A stretch of DNA of 64,000 nucleotides from Candidatus Entotheonellaceae bacterium (GCA_965238075.1 OZ250173.1:2976001-3040000); one strand, 5' to 3'. Positions 1 to 10,613 are shown, counted from the stretch's first letter. Made by a program: numbers and translations. Notes: generated by a model from the sequence alone, not told the origin.

Positions 1-1
1 G

Positions 2-385
2 GGCCTGTTCCGCAGCACCGACCGCGGCGGCAGTTGGGCGGACATGGAGATGGGGCGCTTTTCGCCGCTGACCTACGCGCGCGACGTGCGAGTGGCGCCG
101 CATGATGCCAACGTCATGTACGCCGCCCTCAGCCCGGCGGCGCGCAGCGAAGACGGCTCGCTGTACCGCAGTGAGGACCTGGGGCAGACGTGGCGGCGCT
201 TCGACCGCGGCGTAACGCCGAAGAGCACCATGATGAGCATCGGCCTCAGTTGCCAGGACGCCAATCGGGTGTACTGCGCCACGCGCGGCGGACAGGTTTT
301 CGGCACCCAGGACGGCGGCGAGACGTGGGACGAGTTTCCGCTGCCGGAGGGCCTGGAGGACGTGTACACGGTGGCCTGCGCTTAG
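2..385 (+). CDS. BNR/Asp-box repeat beta-propeller protein, 5'-truncated by window edge
   Basis: Frame open from base 2 (GLFRSTDRGGSW...); repeated S/TxDxGxT/SW motifs (STDRGGSW, SEDLGQTW, TQDGGETW). Confidence 0.8.
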   Translation, partial: GLFRSTDRGGSWADMEMGRFSPLTYARDVRVAPHDANVMYAALSPAARSEDGSLYRSEDLGQTWRRFDRGVTPKSTMMSIGLSCQDANRVYCATRGGQVFGTQDGGETWDEFPLPEGLEDVYTVACA

Positions 386-432
386 GTGCGCCGGGCGCAA
401 GCACGATAACGATTTCACGCGATGAGGATGTT

Positions 433-1200
433 ATGGCGGACAGACTGGCCGGAAAGGTAGCCCTGATCACCGGTGGTGCCAGCGGGCAGGGAAGGGAGGC
501 GGCGTTGCGCTTTGCCGCCGAAGGAGCGCGGGTGGTGCTGAGCGACGTGCAGGAAGAAGGCGGCGTGCGCACCATGCACATGGTTCAGGAGAACGGCGGC
601 GACGCCTTCTTCGTTCCCGCCGACATATCGGTGGAGAGCAGCGTCCGCGACATGGTGGCGGCCGCGCTGCGTCAGTATGGCGCCTTGCACGTGCTGTACA
701 ACAACGCCGGGGTGATCGGCGAAGGCCGTGACGGCTTGGTGACCGACCTGGACATCGACGCCTGGGAGTTCATCCTGAACGTCAATCTGCGGGGTATTTT
801 TCTGTGCGCCAAGTACGGCGTGCCCGCCCTGATCGACGCCGGCGGGGGCTCGGTGATCAACACCGCCTCGGTGGCGGGCTTGATCGGCAGCCCGAATTCC
901 GGTCATGCCTATGCTGCCAGCAAGGGCGGGGTGATTGCCCTGACGCGCGCCATGGCGGCCTCGTATGCACGGCACCAAGTGCGGGTGAACGCGATCTGCC
1001 CGGGCACCCTGGAAACGCCGATGACCGCCAACCTGCTGCAGATGAGCGACCGGCACCGCGAGATCGTCGCCCAGCACCCGCTAGGACGGCTGGGCGTGGC
1101 GTCGGACATCGTGCATCTGGCCGTCTACCTGGCCGCCGACGAATCGGCATGGGTGACCGGCGGCGTGTTCACCGTCGACGGCGGCCGCACGGCCACGTAA
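433..1200 (+). CDS. SDR family NAD(P)-dependent oxidoreductase
   Basis: TGGASGQG, NNAG and YAASK motifs; start at MADRLAGK (ATG 433, GAGG upstream). Confidence 0.93.
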   Translation: MADRLAGKVALITGGASGQGREAALRFAAEGARVVLSDVQEEGGVRTMHMVQENGGDAFFVPADISVESSVRDMVAAALRQYGALHVLYNNAGVIGEGRDGLVTDLDIDAWEFILNVNLRGIFLCAKYGVPALIDAGGGSVINTASVAGLIGSPNSGHAYAASKGGVIALTRAMAASYARHQVRVNAICPGTLETPMTANLLQMSDRHREIVAQHPLGRLGVASDIVHLAVYLAADESAWVTGGVFTVDGGRTAT

Positions 1201-1236
1201 CGGCCAACGTGCCGTCTTGCCATCGGGGGGAAATAA

Positions 1237-1635
1237 ATGACCATCCTTCTGGCGTGTAGCGTACTTCTTTTCACGCTTTCCACCGCCATGGCGCAATCGG
1301 TGCCGATTCCCGCCTACCGGGACCTGACCCCGCGCACGATCTTGCGCGCCCCGTGCCCGGCAGGAGAGGTGGAACGGCTGGCATGGCACGCCGCCGGCTC
1401 CGACGGACAGCCGTTGGAAGCGTATGCCATCAGCACCTGGCGCTGGCGGCAGCAGGACGTGATGATTGCCGAGTACCCGCCACCGAACAGCCGCGAGACG
1501 ACGCGCTTGTGGATCGACTGGGACGGCGATGGCCGCGCCGAGGAGGTCTACGAGAGTATTGATGCGATGGGAAAGGTGTACCCGCATTCGTGTCTGATCT
1601 TCGAGAAGGCCCGCCGCATGGCCGACGGCGGTTAA
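1237..1635 (+). CDS. Hypothetical secreted protein
   Basis: Hydrophobic N-terminus ending AMA-Q (signal peptide-like); purine-rich RBS; DWDGDG motif. Confidence 0.65.
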   Translation: MTILLACSVLLFTLSTAMAQSVPIPAYRDLTPRTILRAPCPAGEVERLAWHAAGSDGQPLEAYAISTWRWRQQDVMIAEYPPPNSRETTRLWIDWDGDGRAEEVYESIDAMGKVYPHSCLIFEKARRMADGG

Positions 1636-1746
1636 GCTCTAAAGCAGATAACGCCGGATATCGAGAGCGTTATGGAAAACGCCCGGCATATCAATGTTAT
1701 CTTCTGACTTGATCAAGTTAGGCAAGTTGTTGCGCAATAAGCGGTT

Positions 1747-2328
1747 CTAAATCTTCTTTGGCTGTTGATCTACATGCTCTCCCGGAAGGCGCGAAGTGGA
1801 TAGGGTGGTCGACGCCCCAGGGTGCTCCTGAGTAGTACGCAGATAGCGCCGCAGCACGTACAGGCCGTCCGGCGTGTAGGGCGCGTGCTCGGCGTGCGAC
1901 AGAATGTCTGCCATCGGCATGAAGGCGGCGCTCTCCACTTCCTCTTCCTGCAAGACCAATTCCCCGTCATACACGCACGAGAACACGCTGCCCCACACCC
2001 GGGTGTCGTCGTCCGCGTAGTGGAAGACGAACTGGTGGGCGAGGGGCACGTCGCGAATGCCGACCTCCTCGGCGAGCTCGCGCCGGGCGCCCGCCTCGTA
2101 GGTCTCGCCGGCAAGCACGACGCCCCCGGCGGCGATGTCGTAGTAGCCGGGGAAGACGTCCTTCGTGGTGGTGCGTTTCTGCACGCACAGGTTGCCGTGG
2201 GAGTTGAAGACCAGAATGTAGGTGCTGCGGTGCGGCAGGCGATTCTGCCGCATGTCGCGGCGGGGCGCGGATCCGACGACACGGTTTTGGTCATCGACGA
2301 TGGCGACGATTTCATCGGCGGGATTCAT
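1747..2328 (-). CDS. NUDIX hydrolase (YfcD/IPP-isomerase-like)
   Basis: Nudix box GGVVLAGETYEAGARRELAEEVGI; QKRTTTKDVFPG; GGAGG before ATG at 2328 (alternative start 2352). Confidence 0.9.
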   Translation of the reverse strand: MNPADEIVAIVDDQNRVVGSAPRRDMRQNRLPHRSTYILVFNSHGNLCVQKRTTTKDVFPGYYDIAAGGVVLAGETYEAGARRELAEEVGIRDVPLAHQFVFHYADDDTRVWGSVFSCVYDGELVLQEEEVESAAFMPMADILSHAEHAPYTPDGLYVLRRYLRTTQEHPGASTTLSTSRLPGEHVDQQPKKI

Positions 2329-2348
2329 GGTTGGGCACCCTCCGCGTC

Positions 2349-3185
2349 TCATCCGTGCCGCTGCGCCAGTTCGGCGCGTTGCTCCAACAGCGGCAGCACC
2401 TCATCGCGTGGCGCCGGGGGTAGGTGGAATAGCAGGCGCTCCACGCCGGCCTCGGCGTAGGCGTCGATCACCTCGGGCTTGGGGGCGGCGCCGAAGATGG
2501 TGACGGGGATGTCGGCGCGCCCGGCGGCGGCGGCCAGGCGGTTGAGTTCGTCGATGCGGTTTTTGAAATCGGCGCGCCGGCCGATGGGCATCCAGCCGTC
2601 GCCGTAGCGCACGACGCGCTGCAGGGTGTTGGCGCCGTCGCCGCCGATAATGACGGGCGGATGGGGCTTCTGGATGGGCTTGGGCCACTGCCAGATGGGG
2701 TCGAAATCGACGAACTCGCCGTGGTATTCGGCGGCGTCCTCGGTCCAGATTTGCTGCATGGCTTCGATACGCTCGCGCAGCACCTTCCAGCGGCGGGTGG
2801 AATCGGTGCCGTGGTTTTCCATTTCTTCGCGGTTCCAGCCGCCGCCGATGCCGAAGAGGACGCGGCCGCCGGAGATGAAGTCGAGGCTGGCGACTTCCTT
2901 GGCCAGGGTGATGGGGTCGCGCTCAATGACCAGGCAAATGCCGGTGCCGAGCAGAAGCCGCTCGGTGGCGGCGGCGACGGCGCCCAAGGCGACGAAGGGG
3001 TCGAGCGTGTGGGAGTATTCCTTGGGAAGCTCGCCGCCGCCGGGGAAGGGGCTGCGGCGGCTGGTCGGGATGTGGGTGTGCTCGGGAACGAACAACGACT
3101 CAAAGCCGTGCCCTTCAGCCGCGCGCCCCAGGGACACCGGATCGATCGCGTAATCGGTGGGAAACATGTAAACGCCAAATTTCAT
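2349..3185 (-). CDS. LLM-class, probably F420-dependent oxidoreductase (Rv2161c-like)
   Basis: GFESLFVPEHTHIP, LAKEVASLD, GIGGGWNREEMENHG, PKPIQKPHPP; start MKFGVYMF. Confidence 0.88.
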   Translation of the reverse strand: MKFGVYMFPTDYAIDPVSLGRAAEGHGFESLFVPEHTHIPTSRRSPFPGGGELPKEYSHTLDPFVALGAVAAATERLLLGTGICLVIERDPITLAKEVASLDFISGGRVLFGIGGGWNREEMENHGTDSTRRWKVLRERIEAMQQIWTEDAAEYHGEFVDFDPIWQWPKPIQKPHPPVIIGGDGANTLQRVVRYGDGWMPIGRRADFKNRIDELNRLAAAAGRADIPVTIFGAAPKPEVIDAYAEAGVERLLFHLPPAPRDEVLPLLEQRAELAQRHG

Positions 3186-3396
3186 GAACTCGTTCTCCTG
3201 ATTGTGTGTTGATACACGGCTGCGGTCGCGTACGCGTAGTCGGTGGCCCGACGCGCAAGTGTACGGCAGGCGACTTGCGGGGCGCAACGGGCGGGGTTGC
3301 CAACAGTCGGAACGGCGGCTATATTACTTGGCGTTTTGCCACATCACATCGTTGTGCCATTCCAACAGAAATTTTTGCCCGAATAAGGAGCGGTGA

Positions 3397-4353
3397 GTGA
3401 TTACCGTCAAGGACCTTTCCATGCGTTACGGTTCGGTGGTGGCGGTGCGCAACGCGACGTTTGCCGTGCAGCGTGGTGAGGTCGTCGGACTGCTGGGGCC
3501 GAACGGCGCCGGCAAATCGACGACCATGAAAATCCTTACCACCTACCTCTATCCCACGTCGGGCAGCGCCGTGGTGGGCGACAAGGACGTGCTCACCTCC
3601 CCCCTGGAAGTCCGGCAACTCATCGGTTACCTCCCCGAAACCTTGCCGCTTTACCCCAATGCCGACGTGCATTCCTACCTTCAATTCGTGGGCAAGGCAC
3701 GCGGCTTGCAGGGTGCCTTGCTGCGCGAGCGCACGGACTGGGTGGTGCAGCGTTGCGGCCTGGCGCCCATGTATCGCAAGCTGATCCGGGAATTGTCCAA
3801 GGGCTACCGGCAGCGGGTCGGGCTGGCGCAGGCGCTGATTCACGACCCTCAGGTGATCATGCTCGACGAGCCGACGTCCGGCCTCGACCCGCACCAGATT
3901 CTCGAGATTCGCCACCTGATTCGCCGCCTGGCGCGGGATAAGACCGTGTTGCTCTCCACCCATATTCTGCAAGAGGTGGAGGCGGTGGCGGACCGCATTG
4001 TCATCATCAACAACGGCCTCATCGTGGGTGACGGCACGCCTCAGGAGTTGAACCAGCGGGCGCAGCAGCGGCAGCGGCTGCAACTGTCGGTGAGCGCGGC
4101 GCGTGCGGAGGTGGAGGCGGCGCTGAACCAGTTGCCGGATGTTGGGCTGGTGCGGTACGACGAAGCGGTGGACGGCTTCGAGCACTTCACGGTGGATGCG
4201 GCACACGGCGTACAGTTGTGGCAGCAGGTGAGCGATCTGGTCCGTGCCAGGGGCTGGCAGGTGGGGATACTGGCGCCGCAGGTCGGCACGCTGGAAGAGA
4301 CCTTTCTGGCCCTGACGGAACCCAAGGACGGCGCTGCGGGACGACAAGGATAA
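3397..4353 (+). CDS. ABC transporter ATP-binding protein (GldA-like), copy 1
   Basis: Walker A GPNGAGKST, LSKGYRQRVG signature, LDEPTSGLDP; AAGGAG RBS, GTG start. Confidence 0.92.
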   Translation: MITVKDLSMRYGSVVAVRNATFAVQRGEVVGLLGPNGAGKSTTMKILTTYLYPTSGSAVVGDKDVLTSPLEVRQLIGYLPETLPLYPNADVHSYLQFVGKARGLQGALLRERTDWVVQRCGLAPMYRKLIRELSKGYRQRVGLAQALIHDPQVIMLDEPTSGLDPHQILEIRHLIRRLARDKTVLLSTHILQEVEAVADRIVIINNGLIVGDGTPQELNQRAQQRQRLQLSVSAARAEVEAALNQLPDVGLVRYDEAVDGFEHFTVDAAHGVQLWQQVSDLVRARGWQVGILAPQVGTLEETFLALTEPKDGAAGRQG

Positions 4354-4360
4354 GTAAAAC

Positions 4361-6859
4361 ATGCGGAATCTCGGCACCATTTTTCGTTGGGAATTGGCCT
4401 CATATTACCGTTCGGCCATCGGCTACATCTTCATGATCGTCTTCCTGCTGCTCAGCGTCGGGCTGTTCATGACGCCGTTCTTCACGCTGCTAGTGGCCGA
4501 CATGCGCAGCTTCTTCAACACCCTGCCGCTCATCATGTGCATTTTCCTGCCGGCGGTGACCATGCGTATCTGGGCCGATGAGAGAAAGCAGAACACCTGG
4601 GAAATGCTGTTGACCTTCCCGATGCGGTCGCACGAGCTGGTGCTGGGGAAGTTCTTTGCCGGCTTGGTGTTCTTCGTCATCGCGCTGGCCGGCACCCTGA
4701 CGATTCCGTGGATGCTGGCGTCGCTCGGTAATCCCGATTTTGGCACGATTGCCGGGGCGTACCTCGGCACCATTCTGCTGGGCGCCTTTTTCCTGGCGCT
4801 GGGGCTGTTCATCTCCAGCCTGTGCAACGACCAAATTGTTGCCTTCGTGGTGACGCTGCTGGCGTGCTTCGGGCTGTTTTTTCTGGGCACGGAGTTCCTG
4901 GCGCGCTTTGTGGACAGCGCTTGGCCGGGGTTGGGGGTGTTCCTGGCCGACGTGGTTGGCTTCACGGGGCATTACAACCCGTTCACCCGCGGCATCGTGA
5001 CCATCGGTAACATCCTGTACTTCCTGGTCTGGACGGCGGTGTTCCTGTTTCTGAACGCGCTGTTTCTGGAAATTCGCAGCCGTCCGGCGGCGCGCCGCAC
5101 GTTCGCCGGCGCGGTGGTGCTGAGCCTGGGCATCGGGCTGGCGTTCAACTGGATCTTCGCCGGTCAGCACATCGGGCGCTTCGACCTGACGGAGGACAAG
5201 CTGTACACGCTCTCCAATGCCTCGGTGAAGATTCTGCGCGATCTGGACGTGCCGGTGCAGGTGAAGCTGTACATCACGCCGAGCGACAAGATGCCGACCG
5301 AAATGCGCTACCTGGAACGCGACATCCTCGACAAGCTGGAGGAGATGCGGCTGGCCGGCGGCGGCAATCTGGTGATGCGCGCCATCCACATGGAAACGGC
5401 CAATGTCATCCAGCAACAGGAGCCGGGCGACATGCCGCCGGAGCCCGAGGACGAGGAGGGCGCGGTGGAGAAGCGGCTGCTGAGCAAGGGGGTGCGGCCG
5501 TTTACGGTGCAGGCGCTGCGCGAGGACGAGGTGATCAACAAACTGGTCTACGCGGCCATCGGAGTGGCCTACAAGAATCAGGATGAGGAAATCATCCCGC
5601 GGCTGCTGCCGAACGATCTGGACAACCTGGAGTACCGGCTGATCAACATCGTTTACAAGATGAGCCGCAAGCAGCAGCCCGTGGTGGCCCTGTTCGCGCC
5701 CAAGCAGGCGGTCAGCATTCCGCCGGAACTCATGGAACTCTACCGGCGCATGAACCGCCCAATCCCGCAGTCGGACGATCCTTACCAGAGCCTGGAGCGC
5801 CTGTTGCAGGTTGAGCGCTACGACGTGCGGCGGCTGGGTACGGATGGCTCGGCGACCATCGCGCCGGAGGTGGACACGGTGGTCGTCATCAACCCGCGCA
5901 CTCTGTCCGACCGGGAGCGCTGGGACTTGAACCGCGCCCTGCACGAGGGCAAATCGGTGTTCCTGGCCGTCCAGAACTACCGCTGGGACTACCACGTGGA
6001 GCAGCAGGTTGTGGCCATGACGCGGCAGGACGAGAATCCGCAGGTGAACGACTGGCTGAGCCATTTCGGGCTGGAGATTGATCCGCAGATTCTCATGGAC
6101 GTCAACCACGGGCCGCTGACCATCCGAGGAGGGTCCAATCCGCGGCTGGGCGGCGGCATTACCCTGAACCTGCCGATGCACGTCCTGCTGACGCAGGAGT
6201 CGATGAACACGGACGTGTCGATTACCAACCGGTTGTCGCCCCTGTTCTATCTGTGGGGCAGCGCTCTGGACGTGCGTCCGGAGGTTCTGGCGGACAACGG
6301 GTTGGATCACACGGTGCTGCTGACGACGAGTCCGCTGGCGTGGGTGCTTCCAGAGGACGTGTCCATGACGCCGGAGAGCCTGCAGCGGCCCGACGTGGAG
6401 GGGCAACGCTTTCCGCTGGCGGTGCTGGCGCGCGGGCAGTTTCCCGACGTGTACGCCGGCGTGGAGCGCCCGGCTTGGGAGCCGCCGCCGGCGCAGCCCG
6501 GCGCCCCGGCGCCGACGCCGCCGATAGACGACGGGCCGCTCGGCGACTCGCAGCCGGCGCCCGGTAGGTTGCTGCTGGTGGGTAATGCGCAGATGTTCCA
6601 CCGCAATTTCCTCTCCGGCGGTCACGCAGATTTTTTCCTGAACAGCATCGACGCCCTGACGCTGGGCGATGAATTGGTGAACGTGCGCAGCAAGAAGCGC
6701 ATTAACCGCAGTATCAGCAAGCCCAGCGCGGCGACGCGGCAGTTCTGGCGGGTGATGAACCTGGGGCTGGTGAATCTGGGCATTGCGGTGATCGGCGTCG
6801 GTGGGGCGGTAATCCGCCGACGGACTCGGGCGGCCTACACGGCGGCGCAAGCGGCGTAA
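4361..6859 (+). CDS. Fused ABC-2 permease + GldG-like domain (GldF-GldG fusion), copy 1
   Basis: TMRIWADERKQNTWEMLLTFP...LVLGKF permease motif; RFDLTEDKLYTLS GldG-like motif; C-terminal TM helix. Confidence 0.88.
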   Translation: MRNLGTIFRWELASYYRSAIGYIFMIVFLLLSVGLFMTPFFTLLVADMRSFFNTLPLIMCIFLPAVTMRIWADERKQNTWEMLLTFPMRSHELVLGKFFAGLVFFVIALAGTLTIPWMLASLGNPDFGTIAGAYLGTILLGAFFLALGLFISSLCNDQIVAFVVTLLACFGLFFLGTEFLARFVDSAWPGLGVFLADVVGFTGHYNPFTRGIVTIGNILYFLVWTAVFLFLNALFLEIRSRPAARRTFAGAVVLSLGIGLAFNWIFAGQHIGRFDLTEDKLYTLSNASVKILRDLDVPVQVKLYITPSDKMPTEMRYLERDILDKLEEMRLAGGGNLVMRAIHMETANVIQQQEPGDMPPEPEDEEGAVEKRLLSKGVRPFTVQALREDEVINKLVYAAIGVAYKNQDEEIIPRLLPNDLDNLEYRLINIVYKMSRKQQPVVALFAPKQAVSIPPELMELYRRMNRPIPQSDDPYQSLERLLQVERYDVRRLGTDGSATIAPEVDTVVVINPRTLSDRERWDLNRALHEGKSVFLAVQNYRWDYHVEQQVVAMTRQDENPQVNDWLSHFGLEIDPQILMDVNHGPLTIRGGSNPRLGGGITLNLPMHVLLTQESMNTDVSITNRLSPLFYLWGSALDVRPEVLADNGLDHTVLLTTSPLAWVLPEDVSMTPESLQRPDVEGQRFPLAVLARGQFPDVYAGVERPAWEPPPAQPGAPAPTPPIDDGPLGDSQPAPGRLLLVGNAQMFHRNFLSGGHADFFLNSIDALTLGDELVNVRSKKRINRSISKPSAATRQFWRVMNLGLVNLGIAVIGVGGAVIRRRTRAAYTAAQAA

Positions 6860-6921
6860 GTAAATTGGGCGCCGAACCGCTGAGCGGACGGCGCCGAACG
6901 CGCGGAAAAGGGATTCGTGGC

Positions 6922-8847
6922 ATGAGCGGTAAGCGGTTGTTGCCCTTGGCGGTAATTCTGGTTGTGCTGGTGGTCGTGGCGCTGATGGTGAAACGTCAAC
7001 CGACGCCGACGCGCCTGGTGGACGAGGTGGGCTGGGAACGTCTGGTGCCCGATTCGCTGCGAGCAGAGGCGATCAGTGGCGTGGACCTGTACCAGGGTAG
7101 TCAACCGGATCAGGTGTTGAGCCTGCGGCGGCAGGGAGATAGCTGGCAGGTGCCGAGCTATTTCGACGCACCGGTGCGGCCGAGCAGGATTGCGTCGCTG
7201 TTGGAACAGATTCACAGTTTGGAAGGCGAGTTGCGAGCCGACCGCGCCGAGTTGCTGGGCGAGTTCGATCTGGAGGAGCAGCAGGCGCTGCACCTGCGCG
7301 TGTACACCGACGACGATACGGAGCCCGCGCTGCACCTGCTGGCGGGCAAGGGCGGTCGGCGAAGTGGTTTTGTGCGCTTGCTGGACGATTCGCGGGTTTA
7401 CAACGTCGATCTGAACCTGCACAGCATGGCTGGGTTGTGGGGCGAGACCCTCGGCAACGCGCCGGGAGCGGAAACGTGGCTGCAACTGCGGATGAACGAA
7501 ATTCCGAGTGAGGAGGTCGCGGCGCTGGAGTTGGAATCGCCGCGCGGGCATTTCCGGTTTTCGCGCGTCGAGCCCGAGGCCGACGAAGCTGCGGAAGGTG
7601 AGGCGGAAGCGGAGCGGCTATGGCGGGCTGAGATGCCGGCTGTTGACTACGAGGTGAACCATCAATTGCTCGATCGCCTCGCGGTGGCTTTGGGCACGCT
7701 GCGTGCCGATGATATCGTCGATGGCAGCAAAATAGCGGAATACGGACTGGAGAACAGCGTTTACCGGGCCACCCTGACCGTGCAGTCGTCGGGTGACGGG
7801 GCGGCGCGCCAGGTGGCCATGCGGTTTGGTCACGAAATTCCGGGTCCCGAAATGGATGGCGCGCGTTACGGCATTTTGGAAGAGGGCGAGACCGTTTACG
7901 TCGTTCCGGGTTGGTCGTTCAGGCAATTCTTCCCCAGGGGCAAGTCGCTGCTGAACCTGCCGGGGCTGTACCTGCAAAAGGACGACGTGCAGCAGATTGC
8001 CTTGTTCTCCGCCGGCAACACGGTACGGCTGTCGCGTGCCGCCGCTGCTGGGCCGGTTGCGGAAGGGGAGGCGGAGGCTTCGCCGGCCCCCTGGGAAATG
8101 GACGAGCCGTCGCTGGGCTTTATGGTGAAACAGGACGGCGTGGAAGCCTTGGCCGAATTCCTGTCGCGCTTCGTGCCCGACGGTATGGCACCGGCGAACG
8201 GCGCCACCGTTCCCGCCGCCGATTCGGTGCCGCGTGTGGAGATCACCATGCGGGATGCCTCGCGCCATCTGATTCACTTGGCCGCCGCGCCCACCGTGCC
8301 GGATGGACAGGTCGTGTACGTCAGCGGTCAGGACATGCCGTTCATCATCGAAGACGCCACCCGCGCGCAGTTGTTGCCGGCGCTCGGCGCGTTGATGGAC
8401 TTGCCCCTCCTGCCCATCCAGCCCCAGGACGTTGTCGGCCTGACCTGGCAGCAGGCGGATGGCTCCTGGACGCTGGCGCGCCAAGCCGATGCTGAGCCTG
8501 ACGTCGAAACGCCCGCTCCCTGGCAATTTCCCGATGCGCCCGACACGCCCGTGAACGCCCAGGCGGTCAACGAACTCCTTATTACCACCGCCGGCCTTAC
8601 CGCCGACGACTGGCTCGAGAATCCGCCTGCCGCCGCCCTCGACGATCCGTTCCTCGTGGTCACCCTGACCCGCAGCGACGGGGCTCGTGGCCGCATCACC
8701 GTCGGCCCACTTCTCGACGATTCTCAAGACCATTTTGCCCGCTTCGAAGGCGCCCCCGGCCTGTTCGTGTTATCCGCCGACACGTACGGCAAGCTGACCG
8801 AAGCCCTCGGCAAGATCCGTCCTGGCGCTGCTCCTGCGGAGCCGTAG
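6922..8847 (+). CDS. DUF4340-like membrane-anchored extracytoplasmic protein
   Basis: Single N-terminal TM, repeated modules (W..P....V..., EYGLE, VYVV); typical position after GldG-like gene. Confidence 0.75.
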   Translation: MSGKRLLPLAVILVVLVVVALMVKRQPTPTRLVDEVGWERLVPDSLRAEAISGVDLYQGSQPDQVLSLRRQGDSWQVPSYFDAPVRPSRIASLLEQIHSLEGELRADRAELLGEFDLEEQQALHLRVYTDDDTEPALHLLAGKGGRRSGFVRLLDDSRVYNVDLNLHSMAGLWGETLGNAPGAETWLQLRMNEIPSEEVAALELESPRGHFRFSRVEPEADEAAEGEAEAERLWRAEMPAVDYEVNHQLLDRLAVALGTLRADDIVDGSKIAEYGLENSVYRATLTVQSSGDGAARQVAMRFGHEIPGPEMDGARYGILEEGETVYVVPGWSFRQFFPRGKSLLNLPGLYLQKDDVQQIALFSAGNTVRLSRAAAAGPVAEGEAEASPAPWEMDEPSLGFMVKQDGVEALAEFLSRFVPDGMAPANGATVPAADSVPRVEITMRDASRHLIHLAAAPTVPDGQVVYVSGQDMPFIIEDATRAQLLPALGALMDLPLLPIQPQDVVGLTWQQADGSWTLARQADAEPDVETPAPWQFPDAPDTPVNAQAVNELLITTAGLTADDWLENPPAAALDDPFLVVTLTRSDGARGRITVGPLLDDSQDHFARFEGAPGLFVLSADTYGKLTEALGKIRPGAAPAEP

Positions 8848-8979
8848 GTTGCAAGTCTGCAATCGGATGGTCGTGCATGTCTTTGCTGAGGTAAGCCGTA
8901 CCTTGATTGCTTTGCCCAAGCCTCCACATCACAAAAACGTTTAGCGAAAACCTCCGGCTCGAAATCTGGGCACGGAATC

Positions 8980-9205
8980 CTACTCTGCAAGAAATTTTTC
9001 CACGGTGATGCCTGCTTGTTGCCAGAATCGCTGCGAGTGTCCCCTCCGGCAAATCTCCCGGGTGATCTGGAATCGTCGTTCGATGCCGGATATCCGGGTT
9101 CCATCAGATTTCGTGACTTCCGCGTGCCTGCCGGTCGAATGTAAATCCCAGCCGACGCAATTTGCGCCCCACCTGCCGATAGGTAAAACCTGCCAACCGA
9201 CCCAT
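8980..9205 (-). pseudogene. hicA: HicA-family toxin pseudogene
   Basis: Manual translation MGRLAGFTYRQVGRKLRRLGFTFDRQARGSHEI*WNPDIRHRTTIPDHPGDLPEGTLAAIL/QQAGITVEKFLAE; GSH motif, in-frame TGA and a +1 frameshift; start overlaps upstream stop (TGATG). Confidence 0.85.
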
Positions 9206-9451
9206 CAAGCCCCCACGAGAACGGTCAACTCGACGCCGGCCTTATCCACGGGGCGCAGGCCCTTGGGCAGCGGGTCGCCATGTTCCCGACAGGATTCGAT
9301 AAACTTCCTCGCCACGTCTTGGGAGATTTCAACCGCTTCGACCACGGTTTTGCCTTGAGCCACAAGACCGGGCAAATCATCGGAGGTCGCAAGGTGCGCG
9401 CCCGTTTCCAACTGCCTGATTCTGAAGACGTAGGCAGTATTCCTCCGACAT
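9205..9451 (-). pseudogene. hicB: HicB-family antitoxin, frameshifted
   Basis: AAAGGAGG RBS then MSEEYCLRLQ/IRQLETGAHLATSDDLPGLVAQGKTVVEA; 247 nt span implies one extra base near 9420. Confidence 0.8.
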
Positions 9452-9633
9452 GTTGGCCTCCTTTACACGTTCGAGAGTTCTGTCATTGGTCAAAAACCTG
9501 ACGGGTCGCTGTTTTGACCAGCGTAATCTGCATGGCATCAGACTGCGCAACCCATACTGCGCCCATGGGCTGGCGGACGACCGGCCGCCTCTTCACGCCC
9601 GGTCTGGTAGACGCTCAGTTATGACAGAGGGTC

Positions 9634-10613
9634 TAGAGCGTTTTCCATTCTAATTGACACCATAATAGAGGACCGACTGATATGGGGGCAGCACTGTCCG
9701 AGGACCTCCGCAAGCGCGTGGTATCAACCGTTGAGGCAGGCGCCTCACAACGTCAGGCTGCCCAGCGCTTCGGCGTCAGTTTGTCGAGTGCCAAGTATGG
9801 CGGCGACAATGGCGACAACACGGCCATGTCGCCGCCAAGCCGCAAGGCGGTGACCGACGCTCGCACCGCATCGAGGAACAGGCCGATTTCCTCCTGAAGC
9901 AAATCGAACAGACGCCCGATGTGACCTTGGCAGAACTTCAAGACCGACTGCGTAGGCACGGCCTGTTGGTCGGCATCGCCACAGTATCAGCTTCAAAAAA
10001 AACGCCGTACGCCGAAAAACACCACCGGCCTGACGTGGCCCGTCGTCGCCAGGCTTGGCTGGAGACCCAGTCAGCCCTTGACCCGGCACGGTTGCTGTTC
10101 ATCGACGAGACGGGCGTGACGACGAAGATGGCGCGCCGCTACGGTCGTGCCAGACGTGGCAAACTTTGCCATGCTTTGGTGCCTGGCCAATGGAAAACGA
10201 CGACGCTGAGCGCTGCGCTTGGCCTGGATGGATTGCGGGCACCGATGGTGCTTGACGCTCCCATGACCGGTGCCGCTGTCCTGGCTTACGTTGAGCAGAT
10301 TGTGGTGCCGGAACTCAGAGCGGGTGACGTATTGGTGATGGACAATGTGTCGTCGCATCGGGTCAAGGGCGTTGCTGAAGTGATAGAAGCGGTTGGTGGC
10401 AAGTGTCTGTTTCTGCCACTCTACAGCCCTGATTTCAATCCGATAGAGCAGGTTTTCGCCAAGCTCAAAGCGTTGTTGCCTCAAGTGGCAGCCCGCACGG
10501 TCGAGGAGCTGTGGCAAGCCGTCGCCGATGTTCTGGATGCCTTTCGCTCTGAGGAATGTGCCAACTACTTCAGAAATGCAGGCTATGGACTATCCTGAAC
10601 GGAAAATGCTCTA
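9634..10613 (+). mobile_element. IS630-family element, defective (copy A1)
   Basis: Ends TAGAGCGTTTTCCATTC / GAACGGAAAATGCTCTA (imperfect IR with flanking TA); FIDETG, MDNVSSH, YSPDFNPIEQ motifs; frameshift near 9796 and apparent deletion before the A8 tract. Confidence 0.92.

Noticed and set aside
4490-6850. 786-aa minus-strand ORF (and similar long ORFs at 36332-38227, 49757-51913, 52391-54460, 56322-57755)
   Set aside because: Antisense shadows of well-supported genes, expected from high-GC codon bias; no recognisable motifs.
3397-8847. Gliding motility locus
   Set aside because: Only GldA/F/G-like ABC components are present; no motor or secretion genes, and such modules occur in non-gliding bacteria.
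9100-9110. Recoded TGA (Sec/Trp readthrough) in hicA
   Set aside because: The same gene also has a frameshift and TGA is used as a normal stop throughout the window; pseudogenisation is simpler.
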